Assembly (NCBI GenBank): GCA_000146045.2
Contig: BK006938.2
Span: 1,344,001 to 1,408,000, forward strand
Direction: 5' to 3'
Origin: TPA_inf: Saccharomyces
Taxonomy: Eukaryota
DNA: 64,000 nt
In this document: one piece after another, positions 42,816-55,705 of the stretch
How positions within the stretch are numbered: position 1 is the first letter of the stretch
Layout of the letters: every line of letters begins with the position of its first letter
The notes under the pieces: model-generated
The model's database searches: none
The model's input: only the letters and a program-made list of their open reading frames with translations
Told to the model about the DNA's origin: nothing
Program-made: the position numbers and the translations under genes

Positions 42816-44375
42816 ATGCCCTCTACCACGCTACTGTTTCCGCAGAAACATATTAGGGCCATTCCAGGCAAGATATACGCGTTCTTCAGAGAGCTCGTCA
42901 GCGGAGTTATTATATCCAAGCCAGATCTAAGTCATCATTATTCTTGTGAAAATGCGACAAAGGAGGAAGGCAAAGATGCAGCAGATGAAGAAAAGACTAC
43001 CACAAGTTTGTTTCCCGAATCAAATAATATAGACCGTTCTTTAAATGGTGGCTGCTCTGTGATCCCTTGCTCCATGGATGTCAGCGATTTGAACACGCCA
43101 ATATCGATCACACTATCTCCTGAGAATCGTATCAAATCAGAAGTAAATGCCAAGTCACTGCTCGGATCAAGGCCAGAACAAGATACAGGCGCCCCTATCA
43201 AAATGTCTACTGGTGTCACAAGCTCTCCATTAAGTCCATCAGGCTCCACCCCAGAACATTCCACCAAGGTCTTGAACAACGGCGAAGAGGAGTTCATTTG
43301 TCACTACTGTGACGCTACTTTCAGGATTAGAGGATATCTAACGAGACATATTAAGAAGCACGCCATCGAAAAGGCGTATCACTGTCCATTTTTTAACAGT
43401 GCCACTCCTCCTGATCTTAGATGCCACAATTCGGGTGGTTTTAGCAGACGCGATACTTATAAAACTCATTTGAAGGCAAGGCACGTGCTGTACCCCAAAG
43501 GTGTTAAACCACAAGACCGTAACAAGTCGTCCGGCCATTGCGCTCAATGTGGTGAATACTTTTCCACCATTGAAAATTTCGTTGAGAATCACATTGAGTC
43601 TGGGGACTGTAAAGCTTTACCGCAGGGGTATACCAAGAAAAATGAAAAAAGATCTGGAAAATTAAGGAAGATCAAGACATCTAATGGTCATTCTAGATTC
43701 ATATCCACTTCGCAAAGTGTTGTAGAACCTAAAGTACTTTTCAACAAGGATGCCGTAGAGGCTATGACCATAGTGGCTAATAACAGTTCGGGCAATGATA
43801 TTATATCCAAGTACGGAAACAACAAATTAATGTTAAACTCGGAAAACTTTAAAGTCGACATACCCAAGAGAAAGAGAAAATATATCAAGAAAAAGCAGCA
43901 ACAGGTATCTGGATCGACGGTAACCACACCAGAGGTAGCTACACAAAACAATCAAGAAGTGGCACCTGATGAAATCTCATCCGCCACAATTTTTTCACCT
44001 TTTGATACTCATCTACTCGAGCCCGTCCCTTCTAGTTCATCGGAATCTTCCGCTGAAGTTATGTTCCATGGCAAGCAAATGAAGAATTTTTTGATTGACA
44101 TAAACAGCTTCACAAATCAACAGCAGCAGGCACAAGATAATCCTTCGTTCCTGCCACTCGATATTGAACAATCTTCATATGATTTGAGCGAAGACGCAAT
44201 GTCATATCCCATCATATCCACACAAAGCAACCGTGATTGCACGCAGTATGATAACACAAAAATCTCACAAATCTTACAATCACAACTAAATCCAGAATAT
44301 CTCAGCGAAAATCACATGAGAGAGACACAACAATATTTGAATTTTTACAATGACAACTTTGGGTCACAATTTTGA
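42816..44375 (+). CDS. STP1: SPS-sensor-regulated C2H2 zinc-finger transcription factor, 519 aa
   Basis: MPSTTLLFPQKHIRAIPGKIYAFFRELV... with C2H2 fingers (FICHYCDATFRIRGYLTRHIKKH). The annotated start is at 42816. An in-frame ATG at 42642 would add 58 codons; see findings. Confidence 0.82.
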   Translation: MPSTTLLFPQKHIRAIPGKIYAFFRELVSGVIISKPDLSHHYSCENATKEEGKDAADEEKTTTSLFPESNNIDRSLNGGCSVIPCSMDVSDLNTPISITLSPENRIKSEVNAKSLLGSRPEQDTGAPIKMSTGVTSSPLSPSGSTPEHSTKVLNNGEEEFICHYCDATFRIRGYLTRHIKKHAIEKAYHCPFFNSATPPDLRCHNSGGFSRRDTYKTHLKARHVLYPKGVKPQDRNKSSGHCAQCGEYFSTIENFVENHIESGDCKALPQGYTKKNEKRSGKLRKIKTSNGHSRFISTSQSVVEPKVLFNKDAVEAMTIVANNSSGNDIISKYGNNKLMLNSENFKVDIPKRKRKYIKKKQQQVSGSTVTTPEVATQNNQEVAPDEISSATIFSPFDTHLLEPVPSSSSESSAEVMFHGKQMKNFLIDINSFTNQQQQAQDNPSFLPLDIEQSSYDLSEDAMSYPIISTQSNRDCTQYDNTKISQILQSQLNPEYLSENHMRETQQYLNFYNDNFGSQF

Positions 44376-44871
44376 TTAAATATAACACGGGATAAAAATA
44401 AGGGTATCATATTGGAAAGCCGATGGGTAAAAATTATTGAGTTAATAAATGGAGACAATATTAAAAATCAGGTAACAACAAATAAAAGGTTATAAATGTA
44501 CTGCTGTATACTATATAAAAACTTTTAGCATGACTAATTAATTTTCATACTACTATGTTAAATAAACCAAGTGATTGCAACACCAATATTTTATTATTGA
44601 TCTTCAGCGCATAGAGTCGATTCGTAGATATTATCACTTTTGACGTTTGTGATTTCTTTTTCATGATTGATTACCGATGATGCTATAACAAATAAAGGTC
44701 AAATTTTGAAAACAATGAAAAATAAGTAGTAAACAAATAAATGCACATTTATTGACACTAGTAGAGTGTAAGAGGAAAGTAATTTTTAGAACGCTTTATA
44801 CACCTCTATCATTTATTTTTTTTTTGGTAAAAAAAAAACAGTAAGGTGTTAACCATATATCATATTCTGCC

Positions 44872-47800
44872 ATGGCTTATGATGAAGATGATGGAGAGAT
44901 AAATTTTAATGAACTTGTGGGGAACTTACTAAGCTCACATAACCAAGAGGGACAAGAGGAAGGAGAAGTGCAAGGAGGAGAACAGGAAGGAGATGATTTT
45001 GAAAAAATATATCCTACCAGTGAAAATATAGAACCAAAGCATCCAGATGACAGCCAGCATATGCATAATTCTCCTGACCAGAATATCGAAATACCACATT
45101 TTGTCGACGAAGAAGATGAGCTAGTATCTGTCGTTGCAAATGCGGTTCAAAATATAGACGATGAGCAAGCCAAACCGGAAAATCATCTGGAAAATGGATC
45201 AGAACATGTAACATCGGATACAGCGGATGATAATCACGAAAAAGAACAACAGCAAGAATGGGCTCATATCTTACAGCAGGAAATATTAAAATCAGACGGA
45301 GAGCCCTTGCGGGAGAATACAGAAAGGCGTGTAAGCACTAGTCAGCACCATCCCTCTCAGCGTACTGATGACGCTCTCGACCAAGATGATGAAAATTTGA
45401 GGATGGCTATCCTAGAGTCTCTACAAGAATTAAACACAAATGAGGAGGAAGAGAAAGAGCCGGAAAAACATGAGCATGCTGCCCCGAATGATAAGTTGAG
45501 CAGCAAAAAATCTTCAAAGAAAAAGAAAAAAGATAAATCCAAGAACAGAGAATCATCAAAGGATAAATCCTCAAAGAAGAGTAAATCTTCGAGCCATTCC
45601 AAAAAGCATGCCAAAGACCGTAATAAAGAAAAGCAAAGTAAACCTACTAATAATGAAAATACCCTTGATTTAAGTAATATACTAGAAAATCTGATTCATG
45701 AAAATGACAATGCTGCAATAGACACTGCCAAACAAACAGTTGATATTCAAGATAACTCCCATACTGATAATACAAACAACGAAGATGTGGAAGCGCAAGC
45801 TTTAGTGGAAGCGACACTAAAAGCATTTGAAAACGAGCTGCTAAGCTCTGCGCCAACCGAGGAGCCTTCACAAGAACAGTCGATTGGGCCTGTATCTTCT
45901 AGAAAAGCAGTTGAACCACCACGAAAACCGACTGCAGACGATATTCCATTGGCTATGTTACAGGCTTTTAAACCGAAAAAGAGGCCTCCTCAAGAGAAGA
46001 AAAAAACAAAAAGTAAGACATCCAAGGCTGCATCTACAGCAAATAAATCACCTGCATCTGAATCTACCTCCAAGAAAAAGAAAAAGAAGAAAACTGTAAA
46101 GGAAAGTAATAAATCTCAAGAAGCTTACGAAGATGATGAATTTTCCAGAATATTAGCCGATATGGTTAACCAAGTGGTTAACACTTCATTAAAAGAAACA
46201 TCAACGCATACTGCCACACAGGATAATAAATTAGAAAGCGAAAGTGATTTTACTTCCCCTGTACAAAGTCAATATACTACTGAGGATGCAAGCACAGCTA
46301 ATGATGACTCGCTTGACTTGAATCAAATCATGCAAAACGCAATGGCTATGGTTTTTCAAAATCAAAACGACGATGAATTTGATGAGAACATTGTTGAAGA
46401 CTTTAATCGTGGTTTAGGCGATCTGAGTGTTTCCGATTTACTGCCGCATGATAACCTTTCTAGGATGGAAAAGAAATCGGTGCCTAAAAGTTCGAGCAAA
46501 TCTGAAAAGAAAACAGCTATATCTAGGAGAGCTTCCAAAAAGGCATCTAGAGATGCCTCAAGTGTAGAATTGACTGAAGTACCTTCAAAACCGAAGAAAC
46601 CTTCCAAGACAGAAGTATCTTTAGAAAAGAAGTTACGCAAAAAATACGTCTCTATTGCCAACGAGGCTGCATCTGTGGCTAGAAAGAAAAGATGGGCTAA
46701 AAACAAAGAACTAAAGGAGAAAGAGAAACTTGAACGCCAAACTGCCAGAGAGGAAAGGAGACATAAAAAAAAACTAGAGAAGCAGAGGTTGGCTGAAGAA
46801 CAAGAGGAACTGAAAAAAATTGTTGAACGAGGTCCACCTTATCCCCCAGATTTAAGACTAACTAAAAGCGGTAAACCAAAAAAACCATACAGAAGATGGA
46901 CTCCGGAAGAGCTACTGAAACGATCACAGGAAGCTGAAAAACCGAGGAAGGTGAAAAAGGAAAGAAAGAAAAAGGAAAAGAAAATGAAGGTACCTTCATC
47001 TGCTTTGAAGAAAATTCCTCTCTTCAACTTTGTAAAGGGTAATGTTCAGCCAAGTGCAAGACATCGTCTGAATGACATTGAAGGTTCGCTATCCACTATT
47101 GGATTACATAAATCGCCTGACGGTGTCCGCAGGATTCTTTCGAGACCAAAGAGTGAAGATCACGAATGGCCCCTATCAGATTCATCTGCATCTCAAAATT
47201 ACGATGCACACCTAAAAACTGTAGTGCATAAAGAAAAAATTCCTTTCCATCCCCCATGGACTATACCGTCTCAACCACCATTTGCACTACCCGTAGCTAG
47301 AAGAAAGAAAATACCAAATATCAAAAAGTATAGAAAGAGAACCAATAATTCTTTTCGTGTCTCCAAAGAAGGTACGGCAAGTACTAGGAACAGAATTTTA
47401 CCGGCCATATTACTACCGATAATAAATACATTAAAAGCTGCTGCAAAATCGCAAACAGCTGCTGGCGCCACACCTGAGGAGGCAAGGAAACGGCTGGCAA
47501 CCATTATTCAACATGCCAAGTCTACAGTTATTAGGGCAGCTTTACAAGCAAGGAAAAACAGTATGCAAGCCGCTCATTCTAAGGGAACTACCACAGAACT
47601 GGCAACAACTGCGTCTCGAATGAAGAATCCGCTGAAAATGATTCCTATTTTCAATACATCTCGAGTGAAACAACAATTAGACAAACAATTACCGGCCAGA
47701 AGTGCAGGAACAGAAATCAGCAGCTCTGAATCCCCTGATAAAGCCACGCCCGATCCCCACTCTAATTCTACAATCGCTGGGCATACTTTAAAGGGCGTTA

Positions 47801-49179
47801 CTACGCCAATTAAAATAGAAGACAGCGATGCGAATGTTCCTCCTGTTAGTATAGCGGTTTCAACTATAGAACCATCACAAGATAAACTAGAACTTACGAA
47901 GAGGGCAGAGAGCGTAGAACCTGTGGAAAATAATGTTGAAACAGCGAAAGAAACCCAAAGCGTACAAGAAATTAAGGAGAATGTCGGTACCAAGGCTTCT
48001 GAGGAAGTTACTCTAACTGAAGACAAGACAAATGGGGATCCAAAAAATGAAAAGAGGATATTAATTGAATCTCCTGTCGAAAAAACGGATAAAAAGAAGC
48101 CAGGTGAGAAAATTGCTACAGATTTGAATGAAGATGCGAGCCTGTCTGATAAGAAAGATGGAGATGAAAAGTCTACATTGCATTCTGATGCAGCCCAACT
48201 TACGGGTAATGAACCAGACAGTGTAAACACGACAACAGGAAAGCCCAAATTAATTGATGTTTCTCTCAAACCGTTAAATGAAGCAAAACCAAAAATTCCC
48301 ATCATATTTCCCTTAAAAAGACCGCAAATTAAGCCTGAAGTTAGCGTTATTAATTTAGTTCAAAATTTGGTAAATACCAAAATACCCGAAATAAAGAATG
48401 AATCCGTTGATTTGGGAAGTAATATCACCGACATTCTTTCCTCTACTATCACTAATATTCTGCCCGAAATCACAGCCACTGATGTTAAAAACTACCAGTA
48501 TGAAGATGAAAACGTAAAATACCTGAAAAAAACACCAAGACAGGTTTTGAATTTGGATGGACTAGTGCCTCCATCGGGTAGATGTATTACCAAAGCTAAA
48601 CGTGTCCGCCGCATTAAAAAGCTTTCTGCTGACGCCACTACCGCACCGGAAGCCGATGGAAAGGCAAACAGCGAATCCATTACTTACACATTCGATATAC
48701 CATCTCCAGAAGAGGTACAAAGTAAGCGTAGTGTAGTCCTAAAATTTGCCAAGGCTAGATTGACCGAGGCGGAGTTGAGTTGTCTAAAGAAGGAGATTAA
48801 CAATGTGAGGAAACGGAGATGGAGAGAGATGAACTCCACCAAGAACTGGGAATATGACGTAAAGTCTAGATTAAAAAAGCGTGCGAACGCATTTTTTGGG
48901 GAAGGAGAATCAGAAACGAAGTCTAAATGGATCGAAGAAAGATTTCAAGAAAAGGTAAGTCAAGAAAAGTACAAGGATCGCCTTGAAACTACTGAGACGC
49001 AAGCAAACAACACGAAGATTGTGATTGACGACAAGGAGATTTTGAATATTCTTGCGGTAAACATGAATAACCTTAACAAAGCACGCTGTATTGAAAAAGA
49101 TATTCAAGAGTCGTTCAGGGAGGAGAAGTTAGCCTCTTTACAACCAAAGAAGAAGAGAAAGAAAAGCATTTTACACTGA
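44872..49179 (+). CDS. SPP41: Lys/Glu/Ser-rich nuclear protein, negative regulator of PRP3/PRP4 expression, 1435 aa
   Basis: A 1435-aa low-complexity ORF whose length and position match YDR464W. Confidence 0.88.
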
Positions 49180-49335
49180 GGTGTTACTAGACATAATTTA
49201 GTTCATATGTCCATTTCTGCATAATCATATATACTTAAAGTAGCAAATGTATATAGTTTTTTCTTCCGATTTTCGAAACTAATATTAGTATTGGAAATCG
49301 GCCCCTGCCATTGTGCAATTTACATTATTCTATAA

Positions 49336-50574
49336 TTAAGCAAACGTGATACGTGGATGGTAATAATAGTTACAGTTAAAGTAAGACCGCTTAACATCAT
49401 TCCAATCTGGCAATTGCTCGTCAAGAGAATATCTGGTGTAATCGCATTTCATACCATATGTAGCAACATCGATCTCAACAATTTCTTTATATACATCGTA
49501 ACACAACGATCTGTCAGCGCCTAATCCGTTGAAAAATGAGAAAACGCCTTCTGGTTTAATTAAACCTACCACGACATCGTATAAGTCCAATATGTCTTGG
49601 TAGTGCTCGCTAAATGTATCATAATAAATACCATCAAAGAAAACTTCACCTTTGTCTAATAAATTATTCAACGTATCTTGCCATCTTCCCTCTAAAATAA
49701 CCACATTATCCTTTTCATACCAACCATCCATTTTCATCTTGGCCAAAACATCTGGATGAGCTTCGCAAATATAGTGACGATATGGTTTTCGAGCTTGGAT
49801 GAATGTATCGATGATCCCCATTCCAAATCCAATGTTTAAGATCGTAGCAGAATTAGTGGCCTCTGGATCAGGAAATAAGGTTTCGGAAGCAAGTTCCATA
49901 ATCTTGGTTTCCCAATCCATCATAACACCGTCCTTATTTTCCTTTGTGATAAGCGCATCGTCTTTGTACTCTAGTTCTGTTTTTAAGTACACTTGTTGAT
50001 TTGCCGCGGTAGCATCGTCATCACTACCAACTGATTCTTCTTTTTGACCATCAACTGCTGTTTGAACGCTTTCCTCAGGCTCGATACCTATTAGTTCATC
50101 TGTATCCAAGAATTCGACGTCGCCACCATTGAGTTTTCTCAGTAATAATTCAGCAGACACACCAGCTTCCACGAGCCGTCTATAAAGAGGGCTCTCCCTA
50201 CTTTGATTTCTCTCTAAAAACAAATCACCCACTGTTTTGTCCTCGTAGTCAATAAAATTCCATCCAGCCCCATACTCAAAAAGAATATTCATCATATCCA
50301 TCACCACTTGCAGTTCCTCATCCTTGATATCCAAGGGTAGCGATCTTGCTAAAACGTGTAACGGCGTTGTGTTTGAGGTTTTATTGTCGTCAGTGCTCTC
50401 TCTGAATTCCTTATCCCCGTTCCTGTTCTTTTCCTCATGCTCGAAGGCTGCGACCTGCTCCAAAGTATATGTAGCCGGTATACCAGATTTTAAGAAATGC
50501 TGCAGTTTTGGTACATAGTAACTTTGAGAAATGGGCCTCTCTGGGAAAGTAAGCAAAGCATGTAATTCTGACAT
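49336..50574 (-). CDS. RMT2: Arginine N5 (delta-N) methyltransferase, 412 aa
   Basis: A 412-aa ORF with a C-terminal SAM-methyltransferase fold (ILNIGFGMGIIDT). YDR465C. Confidence 0.88.
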   Translation of the reverse strand: MSELHALLTFPERPISQSYYVPKLQHFLKSGIPATYTLEQVAAFEHEEKNRNGDKEFRESTDDNKTSNTTPLHVLARSLPLDIKDEELQVVMDMMNILFEYGAGWNFIDYEDKTVGDLFLERNQSRESPLYRRLVEAGVSAELLLRKLNGGDVEFLDTDELIGIEPEESVQTAVDGQKEESVGSDDDATAANQQVYLKTELEYKDDALITKENKDGVMMDWETKIMELASETLFPDPEATNSATILNIGFGMGIIDTFIQARKPYRHYICEAHPDVLAKMKMDGWYEKDNVVILEGRWQDTLNNLLDKGEVFFDGIYYDTFSEHYQDILDLYDVVVGLIKPEGVFSFFNGLGADRSLCYDVYKEIVEIDVATYGMKCDYTRYSLDEQLPDWNDVKRSYFNCNYYYHPRITFA

Positions 50575-51120
50575 ACTTGAATATATTAAAAGTCCTTGGT
50601 GTAAACACCTAGCCGTTGCAACTGCTGGGTATTGTCAATGTCATTTTGCTTTACGCTTAGCTTAAAATGAGATGAGATGAGCTTTGAAAAATTTTAGAAA
50701 AAGAAAGGTGCCATCGATTCTCGCCGAAAAAGGAAAAGAATCGTTATAATCCTTCGAATCCTATATACACTAAACAAATATCTGCATTGGTCAACCCCAA
50801 GCACACGTACTGATGACTAGAGATGATACTGAAAGTGTTAACAATATAACTTCCTTACTCGCAGCTAATGTCACATATTGAGGTAACAATGGATCGAAAC
50901 AATTTTCATGCTTACCCGCGCGGTGATTTCTTGGTAGCGAAGGGGTTTTCATGAAGGCAGCAGAAGAGAGGTACATTGATTTGAAAGTGTGAGGAAACAG
51001 AATAATAGTGCCTAAAGCCTAACCCAAGCAAGTAAGCAGTTCTTCCACGTCTTATCTATTCAGAGGCTGAAACAATTGAGTGAAAATTTAAAGAGTAGGT
51101 GTGGGACATTGGTATGACAT

Positions 51121-53817
51121 ATGACGTCTAGGAAAAGGTCTCCGCACGATTTCATATTTAAAGAGGAACTGGGCCATGGCTCTTACTCTACTGTGTTTAA
51201 AGCTCTAGATAAAAAAAGCCCGAATAAAATTTATGCCATTAAAGTTTGTTCGAAGAAACACATAATCAAAGAAGCTAAGGTAAAATATGTCACCATTGAA
51301 AAGAATACCATGAATTTGTTGGCACAAAAGCATCACGCGGGTATAATCAAACTATACTATACTTTTCACGATGAGGAAAATCTTTATTTTGTTTTGGATT
51401 TTGCCCCAGGTGGAGAACTACTTTCCTTATTGCACAAAATGGGTACTTTCAATGATATATGGACGCGTCATTTCACTGCACAGTTAATTGATGCATTAGA
51501 ATTTATCCATTCACATGGCATCATTCATAGAGACTTAAAACCGGAAAACGTCCTTTTAGACAGGGATGGTAGACTTATGATTACTGATTTTGGGGCCGCT
51601 GCCACCATAGACCCTAGTTTAAGCGGAGATTCGGCCAAGTTTAACTCTGACAGCAACGGCTCAAAAGACAACCAAAATTGCGCTTCCTTTGTTGGTACTG
51701 CCGAATATGTCTCTCCAGAGCTGCTTTTATACAACCAATGCGGTTATGGCTCAGATATATGGGCACTAGGTTGCATGATATATCAGTTTGTCCAAGGACA
51801 ACCGCCGTTTAGAGGGGAGAATGAGCTGAAGACATTTGAAAAAATCGTAGCATTAGATTATCCATGGGGACCCAATAACCGCATCAATAATAGCACATCA
51901 CCAATAAATCCCCTTGTAATAAACTTAGTACAAAAAATATTGGTGATAGAGGTCAATGAGAGAATCTCTCTCGAACAGATAAAAAGACACCCATATTTTT
52001 CAAAAGTAGATTGGAATGATAAAATCAAAATATGGAGAGGAATCTGGCAATCACAAGGACAATCGCTGCAACAAACTACTTTGGGACTCCCAAATATACC
52101 GCAGAATATACTACCCACCAGACAATTACATGTAATTGACACTCCAGCACGAAGTATACAAATCACAAAACAAAAACGTAAGAAACCAACGAAAATTTCC
52201 AACACTACTAGTAGCATAGTAGTATGGAGAAAAAGGCTTGGTATATCAACAGGTAAGGATGATTTAGGCACCGTACCGTCCACTACGCCTGCAGTGACCG
52301 CCCCTAATGATACCAATGTATTAACAAATACGGCGGCACATTCTACTGCAAATATTGCCTTACCGCCTAATTCACAATCCAATCAAGTCAAGCGAGCACA
52401 ACTAGTTGCACCAAATAGAATACCTCCCAAAGTACCGGTAATTAATGACAACGTGAGAAATAAGTCAATTCCGCGCACAAAGCCTAATGTGCCACCTTTG
52501 CAAACATCATCAATACCACAAAAGTTGTCAACATCGTCAGCATCGTCAGCTCTATCGGCGCCGTCAACAGAGATAAGGAACCAGGACTTAACACACACTT
52601 TAGATGGAAGAAACTCAATTGATATTCATGTTTTAAAACAAGACTACGTCTTCATTTATGGCATTCCATATGAACACGAAGGGCCTGCTATGTCTTTGAA
52701 CAGCTACAATAAGATCGATAATGATTTAATTACGTCACTAGTTGCGCAGCATAAAGAAGAATTAAAAAACTCAGAGTCGTTTTTACAGGTATTGACTTTG
52801 AAGAAGAGCGGAATGTTAAGTTACAAAAACACAGTTATGGAGGGAAATGATGATCAAGAAAACAAAGAACACCAGATGGCTAATATAGAAGATACAGACT
52901 TGTCCATGTACGATTTTGAATTCAATGAGTTGACAAGGAAGGGTTTTTTAATCCTGGAAAAATATAAGAATAGAATATGGTTTATCTCGCTACCTTCATA
53001 TTCAACGTTATCCAAAATACCATTCAATGCCGTGAAGTCTTCGACAATAAATAACAATGAAAATTGGGTCGATTGCTTTTTCAGAGCAAGACAACTACTA
53101 GAAGAAAAGCAAATTCTTGATAAAATCAGTAACGTTTCCTTTGATAGTAAGGCATCGAGTGAACCATCATCACCTCCGCCTATTTCAAGAAAAGAGCGGC
53201 CTCTGAGTATAGGAAATAATGTAACAACACTCAGCTATACTGCAAAAAATGGAAGCCAGAACAATGCACCACAAAACGATAATGTTGGAGAAGAAAAACC
53301 TTTTCGCATACCTAGTAGTACCAAGGATAGGCCCGGTGCAAATTCCACTCCTTCTTCAAGACATCCTAGGGTTTTGTCAAGCAATAACGCTGGTGAAACT
53401 CCGAAAAAAATGAATGGAAGATTACCAAATAGTGCACCTTCTACCAATACATATACCAACGGTTCGGTCCCAGCTTTTAATCATAGGCCTTCTACTAATG
53501 TAGGGAACAATAAGCATAATATTTTAACTTCGAAGAAGCAGGGATCATCCGTATTTTCTCCTTCATCTTCTACGACCAAGCCTCAAATCAAAACAACAGG
53601 ATATCGACAGCCAACACCTTCACCTCCACTTCCGCAAATGGAATTCCCAACTACGAGAGAAAAGTATTCTGCTCCTTCTAACATGGTGATCAGTAGCAGC
53701 AGATACGAGGTCTTACATACCCTTAATAACAGCCAAACAAACTTTGATAGGGAAATTGCTAGTAGGGGTGCCTCAGCAGCATTTAGAAGTTTACAGAAGA
53801 GTAAGAAAAAAAAATAA
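51121..53817 (+). CDS. PKH3: Ser/Thr protein kinase (PDK1-like, Pkh family), 898 aa
   Basis: A kinase domain (GHGSYSTVFKA...AIKV...HRDLKPENVLL...DFG...SPE) followed by a long Ser/Asn-rich tail. Length 898 aa; YDR466W. Confidence 0.88.
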   Translation: MTSRKRSPHDFIFKEELGHGSYSTVFKALDKKSPNKIYAIKVCSKKHIIKEAKVKYVTIEKNTMNLLAQKHHAGIIKLYYTFHDEENLYFVLDFAPGGELLSLLHKMGTFNDIWTRHFTAQLIDALEFIHSHGIIHRDLKPENVLLDRDGRLMITDFGAAATIDPSLSGDSAKFNSDSNGSKDNQNCASFVGTAEYVSPELLLYNQCGYGSDIWALGCMIYQFVQGQPPFRGENELKTFEKIVALDYPWGPNNRINNSTSPINPLVINLVQKILVIEVNERISLEQIKRHPYFSKVDWNDKIKIWRGIWQSQGQSLQQTTLGLPNIPQNILPTRQLHVIDTPARSIQITKQKRKKPTKISNTTSSIVVWRKRLGISTGKDDLGTVPSTTPAVTAPNDTNVLTNTAAHSTANIALPPNSQSNQVKRAQLVAPNRIPPKVPVINDNVRNKSIPRTKPNVPPLQTSSIPQKLSTSSASSALSAPSTEIRNQDLTHTLDGRNSIDIHVLKQDYVFIYGIPYEHEGPAMSLNSYNKIDNDLITSLVAQHKEELKNSESFLQVLTLKKSGMLSYKNTVMEGNDDQENKEHQMANIEDTDLSMYDFEFNELTRKGFLILEKYKNRIWFISLPSYSTLSKIPFNAVKSSTINNNENWVDCFFRARQLLEEKQILDKISNVSFDSKASSEPSSPPPISRKERPLSIGNNVTTLSYTAKNGSQNNAPQNDNVGEEKPFRIPSSTKDRPGANSTPSSRHPRVLSSNNAGETPKKMNGRLPNSAPSTNTYTNGSVPAFNHRPSTNVGNNKHNILTSKKQGSSVFSPSSSTTKPQIKTTGYRQPTPSPPLPQMEFPTTREKYSAPSNMVISSSRYEVLHTLNNSQTNFDREIASRGASAAFRSLQKSKKKK

Positions 53818-54025
53818 CACGCTTTAATAATATTTGTGGTTCCTCTACTTCGAAACAAAAAAATATGCACGAGTTGTTGACGATCCAGAAAAACCAACAT
53901 ATAAATCATATCCAAACCCTTGTAGCATTAATATCCGTATCACTTATGTATTCAGAATGCATGTATTTTATATATGCCCAGTATATCTTCGATTGAAGCT
54001 CTTCGGCATTAGTGCATTGTATTTT

Positions 54026-54703
<678 letters not shown>

Positions 54704-55014
54704 TTAAAGAAAGGATCTTAGCAATACAATTTTACAGTTAAACGTCTTTCACGTTTACTTCAGTTACAGGGAAAACGTAGAAATTAAAATGTTCACAAAC
54801 CTTGTCAGAAAGACAGCAAATATAATTTTAGTATATGTTCTGTGTTGTGTGCTTCGAATTGTCCTATCTTCTGATATTTACTACTTTATGTCGTAGGTTC
54901 GAATATCTCGTGGATAATTAAAAACTCGATAAAAAAAGAAAAACAGATGGTGATCCAAACAAAAAAAAGCCTTCATAAGCAGGTTCTCTTAAGAGAATTA
55001 GGGAAACCTATACA

Positions 55015-55542
55015 ATGAATGAAAGTGAGAATAGTCCCCAACATAATGAAGTTACGGTTCCTATGGTAGAGGATACTTCAAGTAATGCTGATATTCCAAT
55101 GGAGCAAATTCAACGCGAAGACAATAAGAACTACGATAAACATGACAATGAATGCTTCGATATGAATGGCAATCACAATAATAACTCTGATAACTTACAA
55201 TTTGACAGTGTACCATCTTCTGCAACGAAAGATTTGAAAAACATCAAAAGTGTCACCAACCAAAATGTAAAAATAGAAGAATCGAGTAGCACAAATTCAG
55301 TCATTGAAGAGTCATCTGAACCTAAAATATCAAAATTAGAAAATGTGAACCTTGCCGCGACGGTAGGTGGTTCACAAACTAGAAAATACCTGAATACAAA
55401 TGTGACACCGCATTTATTAGCGGGCATGAGGCTCATAGCCGTACAACAACCAGAAGATCCGTTACGTGTTTTAGGTGAATATCTAATCGAGCAGAGCAAT
55501 ATACTGAAGAGTGGAGAAAAAGAGAGTAATGCTAGTAAATGA
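55015..55542 (+). CDS. SDC1: COMPASS (Set1C) subunit with Dpy-30 motif, 175 aa
   Basis: A 175-aa ORF with a C-terminal Dpy-30-like helix (TRKYLNTNVTPHLLAGMRLIAVQQPEDPLRVLGEYLIEQS). YDR469W. Confidence 0.82.
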   Translation: MNESENSPQHNEVTVPMVEDTSSNADIPMEQIQREDNKNYDKHDNECFDMNGNHNNNSDNLQFDSVPSSATKDLKNIKSVTNQNVKIEESSSTNSVIEESSEPKISKLENVNLAATVGGSQTRKYLNTNVTPHLLAGMRLIAVQQPEDPLRVLGEYLIEQSNILKSGEKESNASK

Positions 55543-55705
55543 TAACCATAATTATATAAATATACATGTGTATTTATTTTTCCTTACTATTAAACCTTTG
55601 GATATAGACAAGTGGTGGAGGAAAATTGGATACAAAAATTGTGGAGAAAAAGGGCCACTGGAATACCATGGGCGAACATAAAAAAAAATGGGGGACTATC
55701 CCAGT

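Noticed and set aside
47574-48305. 243-aa minus-strand ORF antisense to SPP41; also 40215-40703 antisense to TFB3, 51858-52382 antisense to PKH3 and 31426-31722 antisense to TOM1
   Set aside because: All are embedded antisense in long, compositionally biased genes. They have hydrophobic or Ser-rich junk composition, which is typical of antisense artefacts.
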